The notes: generated by a model from the letters alone, not told the origin. A stretch of 38,497 nucleotides of DNA from a bacterium (GCA_044869275.1 JBIOXB010000203.1:1-38497); one strand, 5' to 3'. Shown: positions 27,938 to 37,156, counted from the stretch's first letter. Translations and numbers: made by a program.

Positions 27938-28734
27938 CTCATTGGGCGAATCTCCACTTTGCGAAACTCGATCGGATGGCTCTCGGCCTGTAAAGCGATG
28001 AAACCTTCACGGAGCCTCTTCTCATTACCGGCGAGGATGAGCTTCTGTGCCTCCGCATCGCTCTCGTCGAGTTGCGGCTGCTCGTATTCCAGCACGATCT
28101 CGCCATTGACGATGTGCTTGATGGTCGAGTCGCCGTGCACCTCCATCACCATCGTCACCCACTGGTCGCCGTGATAGGTTTTGGAACGGGAGTCGGTGCA
28201 ATGGCGGGTGATCAGTTCTCCGCCCATCACCACGTTCGTGCCCGGCGTGCAGAGATTGCCGGTGTGGCGTTCATCTTTGCCGTTACCGCCGAGGAACTGC
28301 GCCTCAATGGAAACCGGAAAACTCTGATTTTTGCCCATGCTCTCGGGCGCTTGGCAGTGCAACATCGTCCCGCTATTGCGCCACGCCCAATCCGGGCCAC
28401 CCAGAGCCTGTTCTCCCACGAAGCGATACTCCACGCGCAGGATATAGTGTGAAAATTTGTCCTTATAAAAAAGGTGGCCGAATTTTCCGTCAAATTTGTC
28501 GTACTGATCGTAAGACACCTTCAGGATGCCATTCTCCACGCGGAAGGTGTTGCCATAGTTGTCATTCAGCTCATGTCCGGCGATCTTCACGTGCCACCCC
28601 TCCAGGTTCTTGCCATTGAAGAGGCTGATCCAGCGATCGTGCTCACTCTCGGTGCAAGCCGCGCTCGCCAGGAAGCAACTGAGCGCAAATAGCACACCAT
28701 GCCTGCGGTACCTGGTTAACTGAAAATGTCTCAT
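27922..28734 (-). CDS. DUF1080 (3-keto-disaccharide hydrolase/lyase) protein, exported
   Basis: WISLFNGKNLEGW, NSG.M.H, SIEAQFLG, GFIALQAESHPIEFRKVE; signal peptide with possible lipobox Cys (SAAC). Confidence 0.92.
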   Translation of the reverse strand: MRHFQLTRYRRHGVLFALSCFLASAACTESEHDRWISLFNGKNLEGWHVKIAGHELNDNYGNTFRVENGILKVSYDQYDKFDGKFGHLFYKDKFSHYILRVEYRFVGEQALGGPDWAWRNSGTMLHCQAPESMGKNQSFPVSIEAQFLGGNGKDERHTGNLCTPGTNVVMGGELITRHCTDSRSKTYHGDQWVTMVMEVHGDSTIKHIVNGEIVLEYEQPQLDESDAEAQKLILAGNEKRLREGFIALQAESHPIEFRKVEIRPMSGSLD

Positions 28735-28769
28735 ACGAAATGTCCCTGGGTTTGCGAGTTCGAGGCGCA

Positions 28770-28922
28770 TTAAAACTGCGGCGTCTTGCCGAAAAAGAAC
28801 TGCAACGGAATGTGGCAGCGGGTCGCCTCGACCGTTCGATCCCAGTCGCCGTCGACGCGCAATACCATGCTGCCGTCTTGCAGAGGATAGACCACGCGAA
28901 TAATCTGTGTTTCAGCCATCAT
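28770..28922 (-). pseudogene. 50-codon ORF, probable N/C-terminal fusion remnant of an alpha/beta-hydrolase esterase
   Basis: Translated by hand: MMAETQIIRVVYPLQDGSMVLRVDGDWDRTVEATRCHIPLQFFFGKTPQF*. The two halves resemble, from memory, the start and end of a longer esterase family. Confidence 0.45.
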
Positions 28923-28975
28923 GCACAATTAAGTTTGGAAATGGGCTAAAATCATGGGAGCATGTTGCTGCCTAA

Positions 28976-29106
28976 CAGGATGCTGAAAAACTCTTTTTAC
29001 TGTCATACCCGCGAAAGCGGGTATCCAGAAAATCCAACAAAATCATGGATTCCCGCTTTCGCGGGAATGACGAATCAGAGAAATTCGAGACTTCTTCAGC
29101 ATCCTG
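28976..29106. mobile_element. MITE family A copy 3
   Basis: CAGGATGCTGAAAAA / TCTTCAGCATCCTG with CTAA duplicated on both sides; intact REP-like core. Confidence 0.88.
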
Positions 29107-29244
29107 CTAAAAACCTGCAAGTGCAAATCGGACTTCACGCCCTGCGGCTCACGTGATACGCAAAACTTCCGAGCCGCGGCCCTGCTGGATGAGCGGCACG
29201 TAGGTTTCAAGTTCTTTTTGAATCGCAGGGTCAGTGAGAGCGAT

Positions 29245-31522
29245 TCATTTTTCCAACCCCAGCTTTTTTAACAGCCCTGAAATCGCGGCTCCGAGTGCAG
29301 GGAGTCAAAAATCGGATCGAAGATGAGATGTGGATAAGAAAGTGAATGCTCCTCGTAGGCCTGCTCCAGCCAGGTTAACGCCTCATCGGTCTCTCCCAGG
29401 CCCGTATAGATACAAGCTATGTCCACGGATGCATCGATCCCTCGCTTCTGTTGTTGTCGCAATTTGTCCAGCATCGCCAGCGACTTATTCCGGTTGCCCG
29501 ATAAGGCATAAGCGTATCCGAGAGGTCCCAAAGGAGCGTTCCACACTGTTGAGGCCACGACTTCAGTCTCCAACACTTTGATGGCTTTCTCATACTCTCT
29601 CTTGAGCAAATATACCTCTCCAAGCAGGAGATAAGTAACACCGGAGTTCGGATCAAACGTCAGCGCCTTCTGGCAATGTTCTATGGCCTCGTGGTACTGG
29701 TGGTTTCGTTTATAAGCCCAGGCAATCCAAATATTCGCAACTTCCGAAAATGGATCCAGCTCTTGGGCACGTTTCATCTCGGCCAAGCCTGTTTCCGTTC
29801 TTCCCGTCCGGCACAGGAACAAACCGTACTCGCGGTGCGCTTCTCTGTTGCTGGGGTTTAGTTCAATCGCTCGTCGAAATGCTTCATCCGCTCCCTTCCA
29901 ATTCCAATCGTACATCTCTCGGATTACGCCCAACGTGGTGTGCGCTTCTGCAATCGTGTTATCCAATTCCAAAGCCTTCGTCGCCGCCTGCCTTGCTTTT
30001 GATTCAGTCCTCCTCTTGCCCCAGGTGGGAACCTCTGATAATAAGTATGGCACCACCAATTCGGCATAAGCCGGTGCGAAGTTCGGGTCTTTCGCAATCG
30101 CTTGCTCGAAATATGCCACGGCCTGTTGCAGACTCTCGGAAGTTTCTTGCTCACGGAATTTTCTGCCCAACAAATAAAACTCGTAGACTTCGGGGTCCAC
30201 TTCCTGGGTTTGTTTCAAACGCGCCCGCTCAATGGGTGTGAGTTGGACTTTGATCTCTGGTCCCGTTCGAAACTCTCAGACCAGAGGCGCTTCTCCGTCT
30301 CCGCTACGATTAAGCGCACCGAGATACTTACCCGATTGCCGGAAGACTGCACCGACCCTTCCACCACCGCGTCGACGTTCAATTCCCGGCCAATAGCCGG
30401 CAGCGGTTTCGTACCGCCTTTGTACTGCATCACCGAGGTGCGCGAGATCACACGCAGAGCCTCAATTTGCCCGAGGTCTGAGATTAAGGCCTCGGTCATG
30501 CCGTCGGCAAAATATTCCTGATTGGGATCACCGGAGAGGTTTGCCAGAGGTAGCACCGCAATCGCATCGATGGTCTCGCTGCGCTCATAGAAAAAATAAA
30601 TTTTGCCAACAACAAGTAGAATGAGAAAACTGGCTATGCTGCCATATAGAAGAACACGCTTGCGATTCGGCCTCCTTGTTTTGGTGGTTCCAACCGGCCG
30701 GGACTCAGAAGCCCTTGAAATATGTTTTAAATCCGCCAGTATCTCCTCAACGTGTTGATACCGCTCCGCGCGATCTTTCGCCAAGGCTTTCGTTACAATT
30801 CCCTGCAATTCCATGGGCGTGTCCTGACGCGTCGGGATCAACGGTTTCGGCTCTTCATTCAAAATGGAATACACCACCGCCTGCTCATATTCGCCTTTGA
30901 AAGGCAACTGCCCCGAGATCATCTCGTAGAGCACAACCCCAAGCGCCCAGATGTCCGTGCGGTGATCCACTTCTGTTCCCCGCGTTTGCTCCGGCGACAT
31001 ATACGCCACGGTGCCGACGGTCATCCCGGCTTTGGTGAGCTGTGTTCGTCCCACTAGCTTGGCCAGGCCGAAATCAACAATCTTAACCTCGCCGCGATTC
31101 GTGATCATGAGGTTGGCCGGTTTGATGTCACGATGGGTGATACCGGCCTCATGTGCCCGCGCCAAGCCCTGGGCAGTTTGCATGGCGATATCGATTGCAC
31201 TGGCCACTGACAACTGACCACTGGCCACTTTCTTCTTTAGCGTCTCGCCTTCATAGTAAGCCAGGCAAATGAAAATCCGCCCATCTTCGTTCTCGTCAAT
31301 CTCGTGAATAGCGCAAATATTGGGATGATCCAGCGCCGAAGCGGCCTGCGCCTCGTGGACAAAGCGTTCTTTGGCTTCCTCATCGCGGGTTAAGTCCAGT
31401 GGCAAAAACTTAAGGGCGACGAGGCGCTTGAGTTTGGTATCCTCGGCTTTGTAGACGACACCCATACCGCCGCCACCAAGCTTTTCGATGATTTTGTAGT
31501 GAGAAATGATTTTCCCTATCAA
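29245..31522 (-). pseudogene. Ser/Thr kinase + TolB-N-like + TPR protein, split by a deletion/frameshift (ORFs 30215-31522 and 29268-30218)
   Basis: The kinase domain is intact (GGGGMG, ALK, HRDIKPAN, DFG, YMSPEQ, DIWALG), followed by a TM helix and IAVLPLANLSGDPNQEYFADG. The frame shifts near 30255 (ERDQR to EIKVQLTP). A second shift near 29275 cuts off LLKKLGLEK*. Confidence 0.88.
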
Positions 31523-31585
31523 TTCATCCGCCTATCTAAGAATAGAGTTTAAGCCAAGTCGATAAGACTTCTAATGGATTCCATA

Positions 31586-32761
31586 TCACGCCGCTTTCCT
31601 CGCCAGCGCCACGTCCATCCACACCGCCAAAATTAAAACAATCCCTCGTGTGATGAACTTCATTTCCGGCGAGACCGCGAGCAAAGTCATGCCATTGAGC
31701 ATGCTGGTCATGATTAAAGCGCCGAAGAGAACACCGAGCACGGTGCCGCGTCCACCTCTCAAGCTCGTGCCGCCGATGACGCAGGCCGCGATGGCGTCGA
31801 GCTCCATCAAATCGCCGACCGTGGTGGTGGAGGCGCCGGCGTAGGCGGTTTGCATGAAGCCCGTCAACGCCACAATGGCTCCCAATAACGCGTAGGCGCC
31901 AATGATGACCTTTTGCACGGGGATGCCGGATAATACTGCCGCTTCTTCATTGTCGCCAATGGCATAGAGATAACGGCCAAAGGGCGTATGTTGTGTGACC
32001 ATATAAACCAGAAATGCCAAGGCGCTCAAGATCACCACCGCCAGAGGAATGCCACGAAATTGATTCATGAGCATGACGGCGAGCAGAAGAACCTGCAAGC
32101 TGATGAACAGCTTGAGGAAAGTCAATTCACCCGCTTCAATCTCGAAACCATGCGCTCGGCGTTGCCGGCGTGAGCTGAGCTTGGTCAAAACCAGAGCTGC
32201 GCCCACGAGCAAGACGAGCAGATAGCCGCTCCACGGAGGGAAATAATAGGTCGTGAGCAGAGCATAAAGATTGGCGGCGTTGCCTTGCGTCACCGGTACC
32301 GTCGCATTCTGAATCACGAGCCAGAACGCACCTTTGAAAACCAGCAGCCCTCCCAGAGTGATAATGAAGGCTGGAATCCGCTGCGCGACAATTACCTTAC
32401 CCATCAAAGCCCAGACGAGAATACCGAGCACGAAGGCAACCGCCATGGCAAAAGCAGACGGCCAGTTCTGATGAAACACCAACACGCTCGCGATGCCGCC
32501 GAGGAGCCCAACGCCGCTTCCCACGGAAAGATCAATCATGCCGGGAAGCAGCACCAACAACATGCCGAGCGCGAGCGTGGCGGTGACGGCCAGCTCAATC
32601 GAAAGCAAAGAGAGATTGCGCGGCCCGAGAAACTTGTCCGAGGCCGCTGCAAAGAAAGCCCAGATCAACAGCAGCGCGATGCCAATGGAAAAGTCGCGAA
32701 TGGAGATTTTGGTGTTGATAGCTTTCTCCTCGATGGTGGCTTCCGATTGCTGATTACGCAT
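31586..32761 (-). CDS. xylH: Sugar ABC transporter permease (XylH-like)
   Basis: IDLSVGS, IPAFIITLGG, TPFGRYLYAIGDNEEAAVLSGI, ELDAIAACVIGGTSLRGG. Confidence 0.9.
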   Translation of the reverse strand: MRNQQSEATIEEKAINTKISIRDFSIGIALLLIWAFFAAASDKFLGPRNLSLLSIELAVTATLALGMLLVLLPGMIDLSVGSGVGLLGGIASVLVFHQNWPSAFAMAVAFVLGILVWALMGKVIVAQRIPAFIITLGGLLVFKGAFWLVIQNATVPVTQGNAANLYALLTTYYFPPWSGYLLVLLVGAALVLTKLSSRRQRRAHGFEIEAGELTFLKLFISLQVLLLAVMLMNQFRGIPLAVVILSALAFLVYMVTQHTPFGRYLYAIGDNEEAAVLSGIPVQKVIIGAYALLGAIVALTGFMQTAYAGASTTTVGDLMELDAIAACVIGGTSLRGGRGTVLGVLFGALIMTSMLNGMTLLAVSPEMKFITRGIVLILAVWMDVALARKAA

Positions 32762-32808
32762 GACGCATTACGGATTAACCATGTAATGCGTAATACGTAA
32801 TACGTAAT
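32753..32808. repeat. Heptamer inverted tandem repeat between xylG and xylH
   Basis: attacgc atgacgc attacgg ... gtaatgc gtaatac gtaatac gtaat; overlaps the predicted permease start. Confidence 0.8.
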
Positions 32809-32824
32809 TGATGCGCAATGACAT

Positions 32825-34357
32825 TTAATGATATTTCATAGCCGCCGCCAGTATGGCTTCCTGGCTCGCTTCGTCCCGCGCAAACGTGCCGCCGATTCTG
32901 CCGTTGCTCAGAATGATAATGCGGTCGCTCATGCCCATCAGCTCCGTCAGCTCGCTCGAAACCAATACCACGGCTTTGCCTTGCTCCGTCAGCTTGTTGA
33001 TGATCTCATAAACTTCGATCTTGGCGCCGACGTCTATGCCACGGGTCGGCTCGTCGAGAAAAACCACACCGGGTTGCGTCATGAGCGCCTTGCCCAATAC
33101 CACCTTCTGTTGATTGCCGCCCGACAGGCTTTCCACGAGCGTTTCCTGTCCCGGCGCCTTGATTCCCAAGGCGTCAAAAAAAGTTTGATTGCCTTTGAAC
33201 TCGCGATGGCGGTCGATCAGGCCGTGGCGAGAAAACTGCTCCAGGGAAGCGAGAGAAAGATTGAATCCGATCGGCTTTTTCACCAGCAGGCCATAGCGCT
33301 TGCGGTCTTCGCTCACCAAAACCAAGCCGTGGTGAATGGCCTCCGTGGGCGAACGGCTAAAATGCTCCCGGCCCTTGATGAACACTTTGCCGGAGAGGCG
33401 TTTTCCATAAACACCGAAAATGTGCAGCAACAATTCCGTGCGGCCCGCGCCCATGAGCCCGCCGAATCCCAAAACTTCGCCGCCGCGCAGCTCGAAGCTG
33501 ATTTGATCGAGCACGGGTTTGTGCTTGCCGCTCTGGCCGACGCTCAGATTTTCCACTTTGAGCAGCGTTGCGCCCGGCCGGGATTGCCGCCGCGGAAACA
33601 GATCTTTGATCTCGCGGCCAACCATGTGGCGAATGACTTCGCTCTTGTTGGTGCGATCACGCGCCAGGGTGATGATGGATTCGCCGTCGCGCAGGACGGT
33701 GATGCGATCCGCGATCGCAAAAACTTCATCGAGCTTGTGCGAGATGTAAACGCAGGTGAGGCCCTGGTCTCTCAGGCTCCGGACAATACGCAAGAGAATC
33801 TCGACTTCGGTTTCCGTCAGCGCCGCGGTGGGCTCATCAAGCAAGAGTATTTTCGAGTTTTTGGAAAGCGCTTTGAGAATTTCGACGAGTTGTTGCTGGC
33901 CGATGCCCAAATCCGCGACTCGGGCGGCCGGGTCGAGGTGGAGGCCATATCGCGACATCAGCTTCCGCGTGTCGGCATAAAGCCGGTTCCAATCAATCCA
34001 AAATCCTTTGGTGGGCTCCGCGCCGAGGAAGATATTCTCCGCCACCGTCATTTCGCGGATGAGCGCCAGCTCTTGATAGATCACGGCGATGCCGGCCTTT
34101 TCCGCCGCCGCAAGGTCCTGAAATCCGGCCGGGCGGCCCTGCAGCTGCACCGCGCCCTCATAGCTGCCAACCGGATGAATGCCGCAAAGAACTTTGATCA
34201 ACGTCGACTTGCCCGCGCCATTTTCACCGCAAAGCGCATGCACCTCGCCTTCATTCAAATCGAAGGAAACATTGTGCAATGCGACCACGCCGGGGAAACG
34301 CTTGGTGAGCCGGTCGACGTGCAGAATCTTGGGTTGAGGATTTGCAAGTGCGGGCAT
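32825..34357 (-). CDS. xylG: Sugar ABC transporter ATPase, double domain (XylG-like)
   Basis: GENGAGKST, LLLDEPT, ISHKL, LSGGNQQK, DEPTRGIDVGAK; start set at ATG 34357 behind GAGG. Confidence 0.92.
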   Translation of the reverse strand: MPALANPQPKILHVDRLTKRFPGVVALHNVSFDLNEGEVHALCGENGAGKSTLIKVLCGIHPVGSYEGAVQLQGRPAGFQDLAAAEKAGIAVIYQELALIREMTVAENIFLGAEPTKGFWIDWNRLYADTRKLMSRYGLHLDPAARVADLGIGQQQLVEILKALSKNSKILLLDEPTAALTETEVEILLRIVRSLRDQGLTCVYISHKLDEVFAIADRITVLRDGESIITLARDRTNKSEVIRHMVGREIKDLFPRRQSRPGATLLKVENLSVGQSGKHKPVLDQISFELRGGEVLGFGGLMGAGRTELLLHIFGVYGKRLSGKVFIKGREHFSRSPTEAIHHGLVLVSEDRKRYGLLVKKPIGFNLSLASLEQFSRHGLIDRHREFKGNQTFFDALGIKAPGQETLVESLSGGNQQKVVLGKALMTQPGVVFLDEPTRGIDVGAKIEVYEIINKLTEQGKAVVLVSSELTELMGMSDRIIILSNGRIGGTFARDEASQEAILAAAMKYH

Positions 34358-34476
34358 GGCCTCGTGTCTTTCAAAAGCATTTCCCAACAGCTAGCATCCG
34401 AATTTTGCAACGAAAAGAGGATTGCAACGAAAAAGCCCGTAAAATTGCGATTTTCGCAGACACTCCTTTTGGCTAT

Positions 34477-34557
34477 TACTACAACGTTAAGTTCTCGTGT
34501 CTGCACAAAAAACAGCACTGTCATCCCTGGTGGTGCCAATGACTTAACGTTGTAGTA
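34477..34557. mobile_element. 81-bp MITE (family D)
   Basis: Perfect 16-bp TIR TACTACAACGTTAAGT / ACTTAACGTTGTAGTA with CTAT duplicated at 34473-34476 and 34558-34561. Confidence 0.85.
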
Positions 34558-35637
34558 CTATTCACTTGCCGGCTTTTCCGCTGCGGCAGCGCCGCGATAG
34601 ATTTCTGCCTCGGAATAAAAGCCCTCAGCGATCACCGTCTCTTGCAAGTTGTCTTTGGTCAAGGTGATGACCTCGAGCAGCACCGAGGGCACTTCCACTT
34701 GTCCATTGTCGCTGCCGTGCTTGGTGATGATCGGCATTCTCTTTGCAAGCTTGACGGCCAGTTCCGCCGCCGCCGTGGCGATGCGATGAATCGGCAGGTA
34801 AATCGTCATCGCTTGGGTTCCCGCGACCAGGCGTTGGCAGGCGACGAGTTCCGCATCCTGTCCTGTCACTAAAATTTTTCCGGCCAGGCCTTCTTCCTGC
34901 AGCGCCTGAATGGCGCCGCCGGCGGTGCCGTCATTCGAGGCCAGGATGGCATCGAAGCGCGGCCCGTGTTGCGTGATGGCTGCGCTCGTGATCTTCTTGG
35001 CGCTTTCCGGCTTCCAATTTTCTGCCCAGTCTTCGTGAATAATTTCGATGTCGCCGCGCTCGAGGTACGTTTTCAGAATATGGTCCTGGCCTTCTTTGTA
35101 GAGGAAAGAACAGGGATCGGTTTTGGCGCCAAGGATGCGGACCACGCGCGCGGGGCGGCCAGGGGGAAGATGGTCGACCACATACTGCGCCTGCAATTCG
35201 CCCACACGTACATTGTCAAAAGCGATGTACAGGTCAAGGTCACAATCATTGATGATGCGATCATAGGCAAGCACCGGCACGCCGGCTTCATGCGCCAGAC
35301 GAACTGCTTTCGCCATGGCCTGCCCGTTGTGCGGTACAATCACCAGTGCCTGTACATTGTTGCTGAGCAATCCTTGTACATCGTGCATCTGACGTGTGTC
35401 GTCGCTGTTCGCCGATTGCACAAGCACTTTTGCTCCCAAGGCTTCTGCGGCCGCCACGAACAGATCGCGATCTCGCTGCCAGCGCGACTCCTTCAAAGTG
35501 TCCATGGAGAGTCCGATTAAAATTTTCCCACCGCTGGATTCCGCATCATGAGACAGGCGATCGCCCCGGGGACGAATCAGACCGGGCAACAGGCTCAGCA
35601 TAAACGTCCCGAGGACGAGTGCAAGGCGCAGCTTCAT
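34558..35637 (-). CDS. Sugar ABC substrate-binding protein (XylF-like), paralog 2
   Basis: IGLSMDTLKESRWQRDRD, AYDRII, ASNDGTAGG, TGQDAEL; N-terminal hydrophobic segment; start set at ATG 35637. Confidence 0.9.
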   Translation of the reverse strand: MKLRLALVLGTFMLSLLPGLIRPRGDRLSHDAESSGGKILIGLSMDTLKESRWQRDRDLFVAAAEALGAKVLVQSANSDDTRQMHDVQGLLSNNVQALVIVPHNGQAMAKAVRLAHEAGVPVLAYDRIINDCDLDLYIAFDNVRVGELQAQYVVDHLPPGRPARVVRILGAKTDPCSFLYKEGQDHILKTYLERGDIEIIHEDWAENWKPESAKKITSAAITQHGPRFDAILASNDGTAGGAIQALQEEGLAGKILVTGQDAELVACQRLVAGTQAMTIYLPIHRIATAAAELAVKLAKRMPIITKHGSDNGQVEVPSVLLEVITLTKDNLQETVIAEGFYSEAEIYRGAAAAEKPASE

Positions 35638-35663
35638 TTGGTATTTTTTTGCCAAAAAACTGA

Positions 35664-35817
35664 CTTGACACTGTTAAGTTGGCTAAAAAAGCCCATAGTC
35701 TTTGTCATCCCGAAGCCTCGGGATCTTCCCATGAGGCTTGCACACAAAGCTAGGGAAGATCCCGAGGCTTCGGGATGACAAATTGAGAGGGCGCGATTTT
35801 AACTTAACATTGTCAAG
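35664..35817. mobile_element. MITE family C copy 2 (inverted)
   Basis: TIR CTTGACACTGTTAAGTT / AACTTAACATTGTCAAG; core TGTCATCCCGAAGCCTCGGGATCTTCCC...GGGAAGATCCCGAGGCTTCGGGATGACA. Confidence 0.85.
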
Positions 35818-35938
35818 TTAACTGTCCGAAGGAGAATTGCTCGACATGAAGTCCGGCGTGAATGTCGCGTGCCGTGGTCATGCGACTTTCATGTCGCGCA
35901 GGTGCGAAACTCAATAACCGGCTAGCGGTTTTGTATTG

Positions 35939-37009
35939 CTATTCGTTGCTAGGGGGAGCGTTGCGGTACATTTCTTCGCGAGAGTGAAAGCCGTCGGCGA
36001 TCACGGTCCCCTCCAAGTTGTCTTTGGTTACAGTGACCACCTCGAGCAGAACCGAGGGCACGTCAGACTTGCCGTTGTAGGTTTGCTTCCGCGCAATCAC
36101 GGGCCTGCGTTGGCCCATTCTGACGGCCAGTGCTGCCCCGGCTCGTGCCAACCTGTGGATCGGCTTGTAAATCGTCATGGCTTGCGTTCCGGCAGCGAGG
36201 CGCTGGCACGCCACCAAATCCGCATCCTGTCCCGTGACCATAATTTTTCCCGCCAGCCCTTCTTCCAGCAGCGCTTGAATCGCGCCGCCGGCGGTGCCGT
36301 CGTTCGAGGCCAGGATGGCATCAAAGCCGGAGCCATGTTGCGTGAGGGCCGCGTTGGTGATTTTTTTGGCGCTCTCCGGCTTCCAGTTTTCCGCCCAGTC
36401 TTCGTGGATGATTTCAATCTCACCGCGCTCAAGATGAGGTGCGAGAACTTTGTCCTGTCCTTGCTTGAACAGATAAGCGCTGTGGTCCGTCTTGGCGCCG
36501 AAGATGCGCACCAGGCGGGCTTTGCGGCCTTTGGGGAGATGCTCGACGAGATATTGCGCTTGCATCTCACCGATGCGCTCATTGTCGAAAGCGAGGTAGA
36601 CATCGAGATCGCAATCGGTGATGAGGCGTTCGTAGGCGATCACCGGGACGCCGGCTTCGTGCGCGAGATGCACTGCTTTCGCCATGGCCTGGCCGTTGTG
36701 GGGGATGATGACGAGCACGTCGACGTCGTTGCTGAGCAAGGCCTGGACATCCTGCATTTGGCGCGCGTCATCGCTATTGGCCGATTGCACGAGCACTTGC
36801 GCGCCCAGAGATTCCGCGGTCGCGACAAAAAGGTCGCGATCTTTTTGCCAGCGCGCTTCCTTCAAAGTATCCATGGAAAGTCCGATGACGAGGCGGCGGT
36901 CGGTCTCCGCCTCGACGTTGGCCGGGGAACGCTTTCCCGTCGACAAGGTCAGGCCGATCAAAAGGCTCAGGAGGAGAGACAAGGTCACCAGAGCGATTTT
37001 GGGCTTCAT
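35939..37009 (-). CDS. Sugar ABC substrate-binding protein (XylF-like), paralog 1
   Basis: IGLSMDTLKEARWQKDRD, ASNDGTAGG, TGQDADL, TIYKP. Confidence 0.9.
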   Translation of the reverse strand: MKPKIALVTLSLLLSLLIGLTLSTGKRSPANVEAETDRRLVIGLSMDTLKEARWQKDRDLFVATAESLGAQVLVQSANSDDARQMQDVQALLSNDVDVLVIIPHNGQAMAKAVHLAHEAGVPVIAYERLITDCDLDVYLAFDNERIGEMQAQYLVEHLPKGRKARLVRIFGAKTDHSAYLFKQGQDKVLAPHLERGEIEIIHEDWAENWKPESAKKITNAALTQHGSGFDAILASNDGTAGGAIQALLEEGLAGKIMVTGQDADLVACQRLAAGTQAMTIYKPIHRLARAGAALAVRMGQRRPVIARKQTYNGKSDVPSVLLEVVTVTKDNLEGTVIADGFHSREEMYRNAPPSNE

Positions 37010-37156
37010 AGCATGTTAGTACCTAAACAGCCAGATTCTTGTAAAAAAAGCAAAGAAATTCCAGGCTATGACAAAGTCGCAAAGGATCGCCAAGCACAGC
37101 TCTGCGCAATCTCCGCGTAATCTTTGCGTGAGGCGATCCGTCGGGAATCATGCTGT

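Noticed and set aside
27777..27938. N-terminal extension of the NupG-like permease
   Set aside because: It translates the octamer repeat; a strong RBS precedes ATG 27776.
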